Shown here: positions 55,449 through 64,000 of the stretch, in pieces
How positions within the stretch are numbered: the first letter of the stretch is position 1
Layout of the letters: every line of letters begins with the position of its first letter
Notes under the pieces: generated by a model
What the model was told of the DNA's origin: nothing
What the model saw: only the letters and a program-made list of their open reading frames with translations
The model's database searches: none
Source of the DNA: Candidatus Poribacteria bacterium
GTDB lineage: Bacteria; Poribacteria; WGA-4E; WGA-3G
Length of the DNA stretch: 64,000 nt
NCBI GenBank assembly: GCA_965215265.1
Contig: OZ244048.1
Coordinates: forward strand, 2,400,001-2,464,000
Direction of reading: 5' to 3'
Position numbers and translations under genes: made by a program

Positions 55449-56108
55449 ATGTCCTTGAGATGTTATAACCGAAAAATGAAATGTCCTCCATACAAGCATC
55501 AAGGGACTTTTATTGCTACTGACACAAGCGTTAGACGATTATTCCCTGATTTACATCGATGTGCGAAATGTATCGCTTATGCTAATCCTCAACGTCTAGA
55601 TTTACAAGCTCAGTTTTTCTCAGCCGGTTGCGAGGTGCTTGTCCGAAACGGGCCCTTGTATGATCCGGGGCACCGAAGCAGCGCGAACTTTGGCTCCTTC
55701 ATCCGTCCAAAAATCTGTGGGACTTTGATGAATGAAAAACGCCGCGAGCTTGAGTACAGCAGGCGTGCGTCAACCGAGCTCTATCCTCAGTGGAATACGT
55801 GCGAATCAGTAGATGCTGAAATCAACCACGACATCGGGCTGCTGTGGGAAATACCGGATCCTGTCGCTGAATTTGAGGATGAGGTCATCTGGAATATCTT
55901 TGTTCAAGATTTTGAGAAGGCGCTGCCGATACTTGTAAAAAAACTGACGCCCATGGAACAGAGGGTTTTTGCGCTGATTCGCGAGAATCGAGTAAATAGT
56001 GAAATCGCGGCTATCTTGGAACGGACACCGGGACGCATCAGTCAGCTAACGCGACAAGTGGCAGTGAAATTAAGGAAAGCGTGTAAAGAGCTCGGTTTAG
56101 TGGAATAA
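55449..56108 (+). CDS. Divergent sigma-70-family factor
   Basis: AAGGAGG RBS; YDP....ANFGSFIRPKICGTLMNE resembles group 3 region 2; LTPMEQRVF...EIAAILERTPGRISQL is region 4. Confidence 0.7.
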   Translation: MSLRCYNRKMKCPPYKHQGTFIATDTSVRRLFPDLHRCAKCIAYANPQRLDLQAQFFSAGCEVLVRNGPLYDPGHRSSANFGSFIRPKICGTLMNEKRRELEYSRRASTELYPQWNTCESVDAEINHDIGLLWEIPDPVAEFEDEVIWNIFVQDFEKALPILVKKLTPMEQRVFALIRENRVNSEIAAILERTPGRISQLTRQVAVKLRKACKELGLVE

Positions 56109-56232
56109 TCTTCGCGTTCTACTTGTAAACCGATATAGGGCGATGTTTGTAATCACTGATATTACACTGCGCTCGTATTGCGAAGTTTGGAGTTTTATAG
56201 ATTCTTGAAAATGCGAACAGTCCAACCGTAAC

Positions 56233-56282
56233 GGCGATTGCACATACCGGCAGCAATACCGGAATGCAATCGCCTTTTTTAT
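56233..56282 (+). terminator. Rho-independent terminator-like hairpin
   Basis: GGCGATTGCA ... TGCAATCGCC followed by a T run. Confidence 0.55.
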
Positions 56283-56451
56283 TGTACTGCAGTGCGTTTT
56301 ATACAAAAGCATCGGAAATCTCTGAGGGAATTTACACCGCATCGAGGCTATTGTAACTTCTTCTTCAGTTCTGCTTGCAGGTGGATATAGGCGGTAGGAG
56401 CGTCTCTTAGATTTTAGTATTTGCCCGGTTGCTACTCAAAGGAAAAATGCA

Positions 56452-56480
56452 TTGACTTTGAAAGAAAAGTGTGTTAAACT
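56452..56480 (+). promoter_or_regulatory. Sigma-70-type promoter
   Basis: TTGACT-17 nt-TAAACT with an extended TG. Confidence 0.5.
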
Positions 56481-56517
56481 TTATGCAACCTAATTCATTG
56501 ACTTAAAGGAAAGCATC

Positions 56518-57060
56518 ATGAAACATCAGAGATGTATCGCATTCGTGTGTTGCTGTGCCTTTACTCTGCTGATAACGGGTGGAGATGCAGGGGCGGCACG
56601 CAGTTCGCGTACGTTAACGCTTGCACTCTTTGTCTCCGGTATGGGGCTCCAATTCAGTGGGAGTGTGCTCAAGGCTTCTGCTCAAAGTCGTTATGACGAT
56701 TACCTCAATGCTGCAATTCAAGCTGACATCCAAGCGCGTAAGCGTGCGTACCTCAGCAGACAAAATACTAGTGTCATTATGTCACGCGTGGGTTACGGCT
56801 GTATCGGGCTGGCTGTACTTTTCTCAATCTATAACCAATTGAATACGCCTAAGGCACCGAGTCCGCCGGACGAGGCACTTCAGAATCGAGTACAGGGGTT
56901 ACACCAAGGTTTTCAAACTCACGGTGGCCGGTACAATGGGCTTGGTGCGAATCGTCTTTATGGAAACACGTCTGGCTTGCTACAATTCTTCAACAGAATA
57001 AGTCCGTATTATGATTGGCAAACCCGAGGGGCGAGTTTAAGGTTTCTACACCGTTTCTAA
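56518..57060 (+). CDS. Hypothetical envelope protein
   Basis: Signal peptide, two hydrophobic helices around 'YDDYLNA', C-terminal beta-strand ending in F. Confidence 0.65.
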   Translation: MKHQRCIAFVCCCAFTLLITGGDAGAARSSRTLTLALFVSGMGLQFSGSVLKASAQSRYDDYLNAAIQADIQARKRAYLSRQNTSVIMSRVGYGCIGLAVLFSIYNQLNTPKAPSPPDEALQNRVQGLHQGFQTHGGRYNGLGANRLYGNTSGLLQFFNRISPYYDWQTRGASLRFLHRF

Positions 57061-57073
57061 AGGAGAACATGCA

Positions 57074-58246
57074 GTGCGTCTATTCCAACTTACATTTTTG
57101 AAATTCTACCGGGTTCCACAGGCTATTCGCCTGCGGCCGTTGCGAAGTTCAGAGGCTTATGTCCAAAAAGTCTTTCGGAAAATAACCGTACCTGCATTCC
57201 TCATCTGCGTAACACTCATTGCTTGTACAAATAGCGATGATTTCGCGAATCCACTGGATGCTGAGAATCTACGGACCGCGGGTGCGCCGGACGGGCTGGT
57301 TCTTTATGCTGGGGACGAGCAGGTCCGTGTTACCTGGAACGCTACAGGACAGGAAGGTATCGCAGCTTACCGTATCTACCGTCGTTCAACCACCGATGCT
57401 GAATTTAGCGAGGTAGGGTCTGTTGAAGCGCCGGCGAACGAGTTTATTGACACGAAAGAACTAGAAAACGACCGGCGTGATGAATTGGGCAGAATTCTTT
57501 CGTATGAATATCGCATCTCATATATAGATATAGACGGTGTTGAAACGCCAGATCCGAACGACCCGCCCGGTGAGACCGAAGAACCGCGTAGGTTTTGGCA
57601 AACGGCTTTCGCCACGCCGAGTATCCCCCCGCCAGCCCCGGTTGTCACTGTTGGGGAACCAACAGACCTCACGGTTAAACTCTTTTGGGAAGATTACGTG
57701 CTTCCGCAGGATTTTTCGATTTTCCGCGTCTATGCCGCACTTGATACTGAGAGTGAAGCGCTCTTAAAATTTAGACTGATTGCTGAGCCCAAGCGAGATA
57801 AACTGTACTATTTTGACTTTGATTTTGAGGAAGATGGCACGCGAAAAGTGTATAGGATTGCCGCTGCTGATGAATTTGGTGCGGAAGGCGTTACGACACT
57901 GAGCGTCACGGTGCCGAATTTGCCACCGGCACCGCCTAAAGACGTTCGGGTGCGTTATCTACCCAGGTCTCTGTTCAACACAAAGTACGATGCGGTCATC
58001 TCTTGGACACCAAATCGCGAGGCAGATCTTGCTGGGTATCAGCTCTATACCGAAGATGCAGCAGGCGAGCTTCTGCCACGTCCGGCTGTTGGACGGAAAG
58101 AACGCAGCTTCACCATCCCCGGCGAGGACCCAATTCTCGTAGGTCAGGCTCTGAAATTTAGGCGTTACTATATAACAGCTTACGACGACACCCCTGGGCC
58201 GGATGGTCGGCGAGATGAGAGTGCGTTAGTTGAGGCGCGTCCGTAA
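57074..58246 (+). CDS. Lipoprotein with fibronectin type III-like repeats
   Basis: Lipobox LIA-C then NPLD; VRVTW...IAAYRIYR, LFWE..FRVY and ISWTPN.E.DLAGYQLY. Confidence 0.75.
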   Translation: MRLFQLTFLKFYRVPQAIRLRPLRSSEAYVQKVFRKITVPAFLICVTLIACTNSDDFANPLDAENLRTAGAPDGLVLYAGDEQVRVTWNATGQEGIAAYRIYRRSTTDAEFSEVGSVEAPANEFIDTKELENDRRDELGRILSYEYRISYIDIDGVETPDPNDPPGETEEPRRFWQTAFATPSIPPPAPVVTVGEPTDLTVKLFWEDYVLPQDFSIFRVYAALDTESEALLKFRLIAEPKRDKLYYFDFDFEEDGTRKVYRIAAADEFGAEGVTTLSVTVPNLPPAPPKDVRVRYLPRSLFNTKYDAVISWTPNREADLAGYQLYTEDAAGELLPRPAVGRKERSFTIPGEDPILVGQALKFRRYYITAYDDTPGPDGRRDESALVEARP

Positions 58247-58403
58247 TCTTTCGTCCGCGTTCTCAACCTGATGCATCTTGGCAGGTTCGCGGTTCCGGAA
58301 TTTTTATTAACAGAGTGGTGCCGATGCAATCAATAGGCGGCCATTCACGCTAGGAAAACCAGGGTAGAGAATCAACCCCCAATTTAGAAATAAGGATAAA
58401 CCT

Positions 58404-59402
58404 ATGTGCTATAAACCCATCGTTCCGAAGAAGAGAAGAGAAGTTTCCTCAAAAAGCGCCTCCGGTTCCATGATGTGCATTCTGCTTGTAATTGGCTTGG
58501 CGATGCCGTCGTGGGCACAATTGCCCCCCGTGCCGTACCTCAGCACTATCCAGACAGCAGAGCCGATGGGCAAAGGCGGTTCTACCACGACCTTTGGCCT
58601 TTTTCAGTATTCCAAAGTAGACCTGCTTCCTGACCACAGCCAGAAGGTTGACATCGGGGGATTTGAAGAGTCGCATCGCGTGACACTTGAAATTGAGACG
58701 TTTTTTATTCCTGTCCGGTTCACTTACGGTATGAGCGATGCGCTGGACCTCGTGTTAGGCGGCACCTTTTCAACAGGGGGTGTGCGAAAAGTCATTCACG
58801 ATTTCTATAATGTTCCTCGCGAAGTTGAAAGCGAGAATGGGTTCTCTGCTCAGCGGGTTTATGACCAGCCTTTATTTGAGGGGCTCATAGGGCTGAAGTA
58901 TAATATCAAGCCGGATTGGAACGATGATTTTCCGAGTATCTCGGTTGGTGGTGATGCACAGTTCGGGTTTACCTCCGATGACAGACTTAACAGCGATAAT
59001 GAATTCCTCGACCACAGTCCGGCGGATGGTTTCCCGTTTGTAGGGGTTAATACATATCTGGTCGGTACGCAAAGATTTGGTAATCTGTTCAAAGTTCATG
59101 CGGGGGTGGGTGTTTTTTTAACGTCAAAGGCCCTGAAAACGACAGACTTTTTTACCCTGAATTGGCAGGTAGGTGGTGAAATTGCGGTAGCGGATAACAT
59201 GCGTCTGATAGCCGATTTTTCGCGCGAGCTGCCTTACGCGGGGGTGAACGTATCGAATCTGCTGGGTCTTGGCTTCCGCTATGAGATTAGCAACACCTTA
59301 GCATTTCAGGTTGGGTACGTGAATCGACCGGGCTTCCAATTTAACCTCACCTTCGGTGGAGAGGCGGTGCAGGCACTTGAAGGCGAGAATTTGCTGTTTT
59401 AG
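58404..59402 (+). CDS. Putative outer-membrane beta-barrel protein
   Basis: Signal peptide (SWA), alternating amphipathic strands (RFTYG, GLKYN, GFRYEIS, FQVGY). Confidence 0.6.
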   Translation: MCYKPIVPKKRREVSSKSASGSMMCILLVIGLAMPSWAQLPPVPYLSTIQTAEPMGKGGSTTTFGLFQYSKVDLLPDHSQKVDIGGFEESHRVTLEIETFFIPVRFTYGMSDALDLVLGGTFSTGGVRKVIHDFYNVPREVESENGFSAQRVYDQPLFEGLIGLKYNIKPDWNDDFPSISVGGDAQFGFTSDDRLNSDNEFLDHSPADGFPFVGVNTYLVGTQRFGNLFKVHAGVGVFLTSKALKTTDFFTLNWQVGGEIAVADNMRLIADFSRELPYAGVNVSNLLGLGFRYEISNTLAFQVGYVNRPGFQFNLTFGGEAVQALEGENLLF

Positions 59403-59507
59403 GATTTTGTTGTTTGTTACTGGTTCTGGTTCTGGTGAGGATTATCGTGCAAAAACGCGTCTCTATTTTAGTGATGGCGTGTGAGAATCCCCGTGGAGGC
59501 TATACAG

Positions 59508-59957
59508 ATGAGGGCAGTCGTTCAGCGCGTCAAATCTGCGAGCGTTAGGGTAGGCAGCGAGCTTGTCTCTGAAATCGGAACTGGGCTGCTTATCTTCCTT
59601 GGTGTCGCTCATGATGATACCCAAGCAGAAATAGAGTATACTGCGAACAAAATTGCGAACTTGCGTATCTTTGAGGATGTCGAAGGACGAATGAACCGTT
59701 CGCTTTTGGAAATAGGTGGCGAGGCGCTTGTGGTTTCACAATTTACACTCTACGGTGACTGCCGGAAGGGGCGTCGTCCCAGTTTTATCAACGCTGCACG
59801 CCCGGAGCAAGCGAAGGAAATTTATGAACAGTTCATCGGTGTGCTTCAAGAACAGCAGATTCGGACGCAGGGCGGCACCTTTCAGGCGATGATGGATGTG
59901 CAACTGATTAATGACGGGCCCGTTACGATACTGTTGGATAGCAGTAAGGGATTTTAG
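59508..59957 (+). CDS. dtd: D-aminoacyl-tRNA deacylase
   Basis: MRAVVQRV, LRIFED, VSQFTL, KGRRPSF and NDGPVT. Confidence 0.97.
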   Translation: MRAVVQRVKSASVRVGSELVSEIGTGLLIFLGVAHDDTQAEIEYTANKIANLRIFEDVEGRMNRSLLEIGGEALVVSQFTLYGDCRKGRRPSFINAARPEQAKEIYEQFIGVLQEQQIRTQGGTFQAMMDVQLINDGPVTILLDSSKGF

Positions 59958-59984
59958 CTCTCGGACAAATCGGAAGGAAAAACC

Positions 59985-60794
59985 ATGAAACCGTCTGAGT
60001 GGATTGATACTATCAAATTGGGAGACTGCATCGAACTGATGGCGAAAATACCAGATGGATGTGTAGACCTGGTGATCACGGACCCGCCGTTTGCTATTGA
60101 CTTTAAAGCGACTCGCCACAATTACAATAGAAAAGGGAGCCGGGTGCTTCAAGGCTACAACGAGATTAAAGGTAGCGATTATCTCACCTTCACGCTGGAG
60201 TGGCTTTCAGAGGCGGCGCGTGTCCTCAAAGATTCGGGGAGTCTATATATTTTCTCCGGGTGGAATTACCTCAAAGAGCTTTTGATAGCGATTGATGAGT
60301 GCGATCTGATTACCGTTAACCATCTGATTTGGAAGTACCAATTTGGTGTTGTCACGAGGCGCAAATATGTCACTTCTCATTACCATTGCCTTTTTCTCTG
60401 CAAAAATGACCGGAAGCGGAAGTTTTATCCGTATAGCCGCTTTGCTCAGGGTATCAAAACGGAAACAGGCGGGTCTGCACACTATAGAGATAAAGAAGAT
60501 GTGTGGGAAATCAAACGCGAGTATTGGAACGGTGCCGTGAAAACGCCCACAAAATTGCCTGCTGAGTTAATTGAGAAAATCCTTGACTATTCAAGTGAAA
60601 AGGGCGATGTTGTTTTAGATCCGTTCTTAGGTTCAGGGCAGGTTGCTGTTGTCAGTAAAATGAAGGGCCGGCATTATATCGGTTTTGAGATAGTCCCAGC
60701 TTACTATGAGTTCGCACTGAATAGGCTTAAGTCAGGAAAATATCTAATTCAGGACTCAAAAGAAGATGAAGCTGTGAGAGATTTGTTCAGTTAA
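59985..60794 (+). CDS. N4/N6 DNA methyltransferase (beta class)
   Basis: GDCIE; motif IV DPPF near the N-terminus; motif I DPFLGSG near the C-terminus. Confidence 0.92.
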   Translation: MKPSEWIDTIKLGDCIELMAKIPDGCVDLVITDPPFAIDFKATRHNYNRKGSRVLQGYNEIKGSDYLTFTLEWLSEAARVLKDSGSLYIFSGWNYLKELLIAIDECDLITVNHLIWKYQFGVVTRRKYVTSHYHCLFLCKNDRKRKFYPYSRFAQGIKTETGGSAHYRDKEDVWEIKREYWNGAVKTPTKLPAELIEKILDYSSEKGDVVLDPFLGSGQVAVVSKMKGRHYIGFEIVPAYYEFALNRLKSGKYLIQDSKEDEAVRDLFS

Positions 60795-60827
60795 GCGCAT
60801 AATTAACAGGGGATATCAATTCTCATC

Positions 60828-61493
60828 ATGTTAGCGAAAAAGATAATTGACACAGTTGAAAGATTGCAGCTCGCTTTGCAAAACATGCCAGAGGTTTGGG
60901 ATGGCAAAAACGCTATTCTAGAGATGAGAAATGCTGCATCCAGACAGTGGCGGCAGATGGAATGGATGGGGTTCTACTTTGAGTTTTTATGTGAAAAATA
61001 TTTCGACAGCATTCTTGAGATGCCCGGGAAGAGATATGGCAACACAGAGTTTGACGCTTTTCGGGAAATTTCATGGGACTTTAAGGCACACGCAGCCAAT
61101 TCAACAAGTCATCATGTTATTGCAAACGACTCAGAAGCGATAAGCAACACACTGAAAGATTATGGGCACTACGGACTTATTCTCGCGGTAGGGGAAGTGG
61201 AGTATAACGATGAAGAAGGAACTTTCAAAAAATGGCATGATGAATTGAAAGAAGGCATAAGCAAATATGAAATAAACCGGATAAGCAGAGGGGCAATGTC
61301 GAGGAGACGTAAGACAGCATTTGTTTTATCAGAAATTCATTTTATCTGTTTTAATAATTCCACTTTGAGTGAGTGTAGCGGTTCATTCCAGAAAGGCTTT
61401 AGAAATGCAGATGGCAGTCCGAGGCGTGCGAAAGTCATGATTAACATCCGGAAAATTCCTGATGCAGCGCTGGTTGCCACTGAAAATTTCTAG
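60828..61493 (+). CDS. Putative type II restriction endonuclease
   Basis: Directly follows the MTase; GFYFE ... EFD....WDFK catalytic-like pattern. Confidence 0.65.
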   Translation: MLAKKIIDTVERLQLALQNMPEVWDGKNAILEMRNAASRQWRQMEWMGFYFEFLCEKYFDSILEMPGKRYGNTEFDAFREISWDFKAHAANSTSHHVIANDSEAISNTLKDYGHYGLILAVGEVEYNDEEGTFKKWHDELKEGISKYEINRISRGAMSRRRKTAFVLSEIHFICFNNSTLSECSGSFQKGFRNADGSPRRAKVMINIRKIPDAALVATENF

Positions 61494-61561
61494 CATTGAA
61501 TCCCTTTTTCTTTTTTTGAAGGCTTCAATTTTAAATACAGAGAATTTCTACGTACAGATAC

Positions 61562-63211
61562 ATGATGAGGTTATCTATGCAAGACAGACCGCCTACTATT
61601 GGCGAGTACCTATTGCGAAAATTGCACAGTTATGATATTGAACATATCTTCGGCATCCCCGGGGATTATGTGTTACGGTTGTATCACTTAATTAAGCAGA
61701 GCCCGATTGAACTTATCGGTATGAGCCGAGAAGACTCCGTAGGCTACGCAGCAGACGCTTACGCGCGCACAAAAGGCATCGGAGCGGCTTGTGTTAACTA
61801 TTGCACTGGCGGGTTGTCTATGGTGAGTGCGGTTGCAGGTGCCTACGCGGAGAAATCACCCCTTGTTGTGATTAGTGGGGCACCCGGTATCAAAGAACAC
61901 GGAAAGGATGCTCTTCTACACCATACGGTGCGAGATTTCCATACGCAGCAGCGCATCTATAAGGAGATAACGGTGGCAACCACTTTACTTGACGAGCCGT
62001 TTACTGCCTTTAACGAGATTGATAGGGTGCTCGATGCGGTTCATCGGTATAAACGTCCCGGCTACATTGAACTGCCGCGTGATATGGTAGACATCCATGG
62101 GGCGTTAGACCAAAGGCCGTCAACCGGTGGACATCTCAGTGATTCGGAAACATTGGATGCAGCGGTTGAGGATGCCGTTGATTTCATTAACCATAGCAAA
62201 AAGCCTGTTATACTCGCTGGCGTAGAAATCCATAGATTCCGCTATCAGAACAAACTGCTTAAGTTGGTTGAAGGCAAGGGGATACCGGTAGCTGCAACGC
62301 TGCTCGGTAAATCCGTTGTACCGGAGACGCATCCGCTGTACTTAGGGATTTATGAGGGTGCAATGGGGCAGGAAAAGATCAGACAGTTCGTTGAGGACTC
62401 GGATTGTCTCATTATCCTCGGTGCATTCATGCCAGATGTGAACTTTGGCATCGTAAACTTGGACCGGGGCCGCACCATCTATGCGACATCGGAGAGAATT
62501 TCGGTGCGCTATAGCACTTATGAAGGAGTGAAGTTTGATGATTTTCTTGATGGTATGGATTCGCCGCACCTACGTAAACGTCGGAAAATCAATTTAGAAT
62601 GGGCGGCACCATCTTCAGTAGCGTTTGAGGTAGTGACTGAAAAGCGTTTAACAGTGAAACGTCTGTTCCAACATCTCAACGGTTTTTTGAGTGATGAACT
62701 GACTGTCATCACGGATGCGAGTGACGGTCTCTTCGGTGCGGTGGATTTGCAGATGGGGCGACGCAACGATTTTATGAGTCCTGCGTCCTACAACGCGATG
62801 GGATTTGCTGTGCCTGCTTCAGTTGGGGTGCAGCTAGGCAGAGCTAACACGCGTCCTGTCGTAATTGTTGGTGACGGAGCGTTTCAAATGACAGGCACTG
62901 AGCTCTCAACAGCGGCACGCCATGGGCTCAATCCGATTGTAGTGGTTTTAAACAACCAGGGTTATGGTAGCGTAAGACACGATCAAGATGCCGCGTTTAA
63001 CGAGATAAGGCGCTGGAATTATGAGCGACTCCCAGAATTGCTCGGTGTGGGCCGTGGGTTCCGCGTCCGGACCGAGGGTGAATTTGACGTTGCCTTCAAA
63101 GCGGCCCTTGGCGAGCCAGAACAATTTGTGATTATCGAAGTGGAACTCGGAAAGTTAGATAGGTCTCCGGGACTCTCCCGATTTAGGGAGCAGTTGGTTC
63201 AGAAAATGTGA
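61562..63211 (+). CDS. ThDP-dependent alpha-keto acid decarboxylase (indolepyruvate/pyruvate decarboxylase family)
   Basis: IFGIPGDY, YAADAYAR, AGAYAE, LHHT and GDGAFQMTG..NNQGY. Confidence 0.9.
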   Translation: MMRLSMQDRPPTIGEYLLRKLHSYDIEHIFGIPGDYVLRLYHLIKQSPIELIGMSREDSVGYAADAYARTKGIGAACVNYCTGGLSMVSAVAGAYAEKSPLVVISGAPGIKEHGKDALLHHTVRDFHTQQRIYKEITVATTLLDEPFTAFNEIDRVLDAVHRYKRPGYIELPRDMVDIHGALDQRPSTGGHLSDSETLDAAVEDAVDFINHSKKPVILAGVEIHRFRYQNKLLKLVEGKGIPVAATLLGKSVVPETHPLYLGIYEGAMGQEKIRQFVEDSDCLIILGAFMPDVNFGIVNLDRGRTIYATSERISVRYSTYEGVKFDDFLDGMDSPHLRKRRKINLEWAAPSSVAFEVVTEKRLTVKRLFQHLNGFLSDELTVITDASDGLFGAVDLQMGRRNDFMSPASYNAMGFAVPASVGVQLGRANTRPVVIVGDGAFQMTGTELSTAARHGLNPIVVVLNNQGYGSVRHDQDAAFNEIRRWNYERLPELLGVGRGFRVRTEGEFDVAFKAALGEPEQFVIIEVELGKLDRSPGLSRFREQLVQKM

Positions 63212-63251
63212 GTGTTTTTATAGGTTTCATGAACTTTTTTGGTAGTCGGAC

Positions 63252-64000
63252 TTAGTACCCAAGCCATTCCAATATCCGTTGCATGAACGAACCAAAAGCC
63301 CCGGATTTCTGTCGGGAAACCTGTTCTTGCTCCTGATGCCGCAGTATATTGCCGTAAAGGACGAGCCCTGTGCTGTTAGCGTACATGGGTTGATTTACCC
63401 GGTCGATGAGCCCCGTCAGGCCTTTGGGGTAACCGATTTGTGCGCGGAGCGGGAGGATGTCTTCTGCAAGTTCGGTGAGGCCGTCCATCAATGCGGTGCC
63501 GCCGGTGAGAATCAAGCCGCCGGGCAGTTCGATGTTTTCGAGTTGATACGAGAGTTCTACTAAGATTTCTTCCATACGGTACTCTATGATTTCAGCGAGT
63601 TCGATTCTGCTGATAAAACGGGTGCGGTTTTCGCCTTGTCCTATCGGAATAGCCTCAGTGTTGTCTCCGTCTGCCCATGCTGTCCAAGCACATCCGCGGT
63701 GAAGTTTGAGTTCTTCAGCTTCTGGGAGTGTGACTCTTAGGTATTGTGCTATATCATTAGTGACGTGTTGTCCTCCGACAGGAAAAACAGTCATGTGTTG
63801 GATAGCATCTTCTTTATAGACGACAATTTCGGTTGTTCCGTCGCCAATGTCAACTAACGCGATTCCGACTTCGCGTTGTGCTTGGGACAGTACGGATTGG
63901 GTTGATGCTAAGGGTGCGGCAATAAGGGCTTCCACGTCTTGTATGCCTGCCTTCTCGATACTATTCAAGAGGTTTTGCATTGCCATCACGCTGCTTGTGA
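63252..64000 (-). CDS. ftsA: Cell division protein FtsA (C-terminal part; runs off the window)
   Basis: VDIGDGTT, PVGGQHVTNDIA, AEELK..G, EII..RMEEI, LTGGTA and a C-terminal amphipathic helix. Confidence 0.9.
   Translation of the reverse strand, partial: TSSVMAMQNLLNSIEKAGIQDVEALIAAPLASTQSVLSQAQREVGIALVDIGDGTTEIVVYKEDAIQHMTVFPVGGQHVTNDIAQYLRVTLPEAEELKLHRGCAWTAWADGDNTEAIPIGQGENRTRFISRIELAEIIEYRMEEILVELSYQLENIELPGGLILTGGTALMDGLTELAEDILPLRAQIGYPKGLTGLIDRVNQPMYANSTGLVLYGNILRHQEQEQVSRQKSGAFGSFMQRILEWLGY

Overview
Bacterial chromosomal window, most likely from Candidatus Poribacteria. This is an inference from the LamG/DUF1080-type secreted proteins with a shared C-terminal 'KLxTxWGxLK' tail, the PhyH dioxygenases, and the CRTAC1/ASPIC and FlgD-Ig/T9SS-CTD-like remnants. 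Core genes: an EF-G paralogue, hslVU, rplM-rpsI, purA, tRNA-Lys and tRNA-Glu, hisB, dtd, a partial ftsA, and a glycogen cluster (glgB, GT3-like synthase, glgP, glgC). Accessory modules: (1) an ECF sigma followed by a secreted peptide with symmetric Cx6Cx10Cx10Cx10Cx6C spacing and two uncharacterised partner genes; (2) a tRNA-adjacent cluster of secreted proteins ending in a DUF1573-like gene and an STT3/PglB-type oligosaccharyltransferase, with a second decayed STT3 next to a paralogue of the peptide-partner gene; (3) an orphan hsdS with an hsdR remnant and a palindrome array; (4) a frameshifted Rpn nuclease that keeps an intact internal small ORF; (5) a type II R-M pair. Two families of dispersed palindromic repeats (MITE-like and REP-like, one nested in the other) and many deletion-scar pseudogenes suggest ongoing genome decay. 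No rRNA or CRISPR array was seen. All family assignments come from motif recognition by eye; no searches were run.
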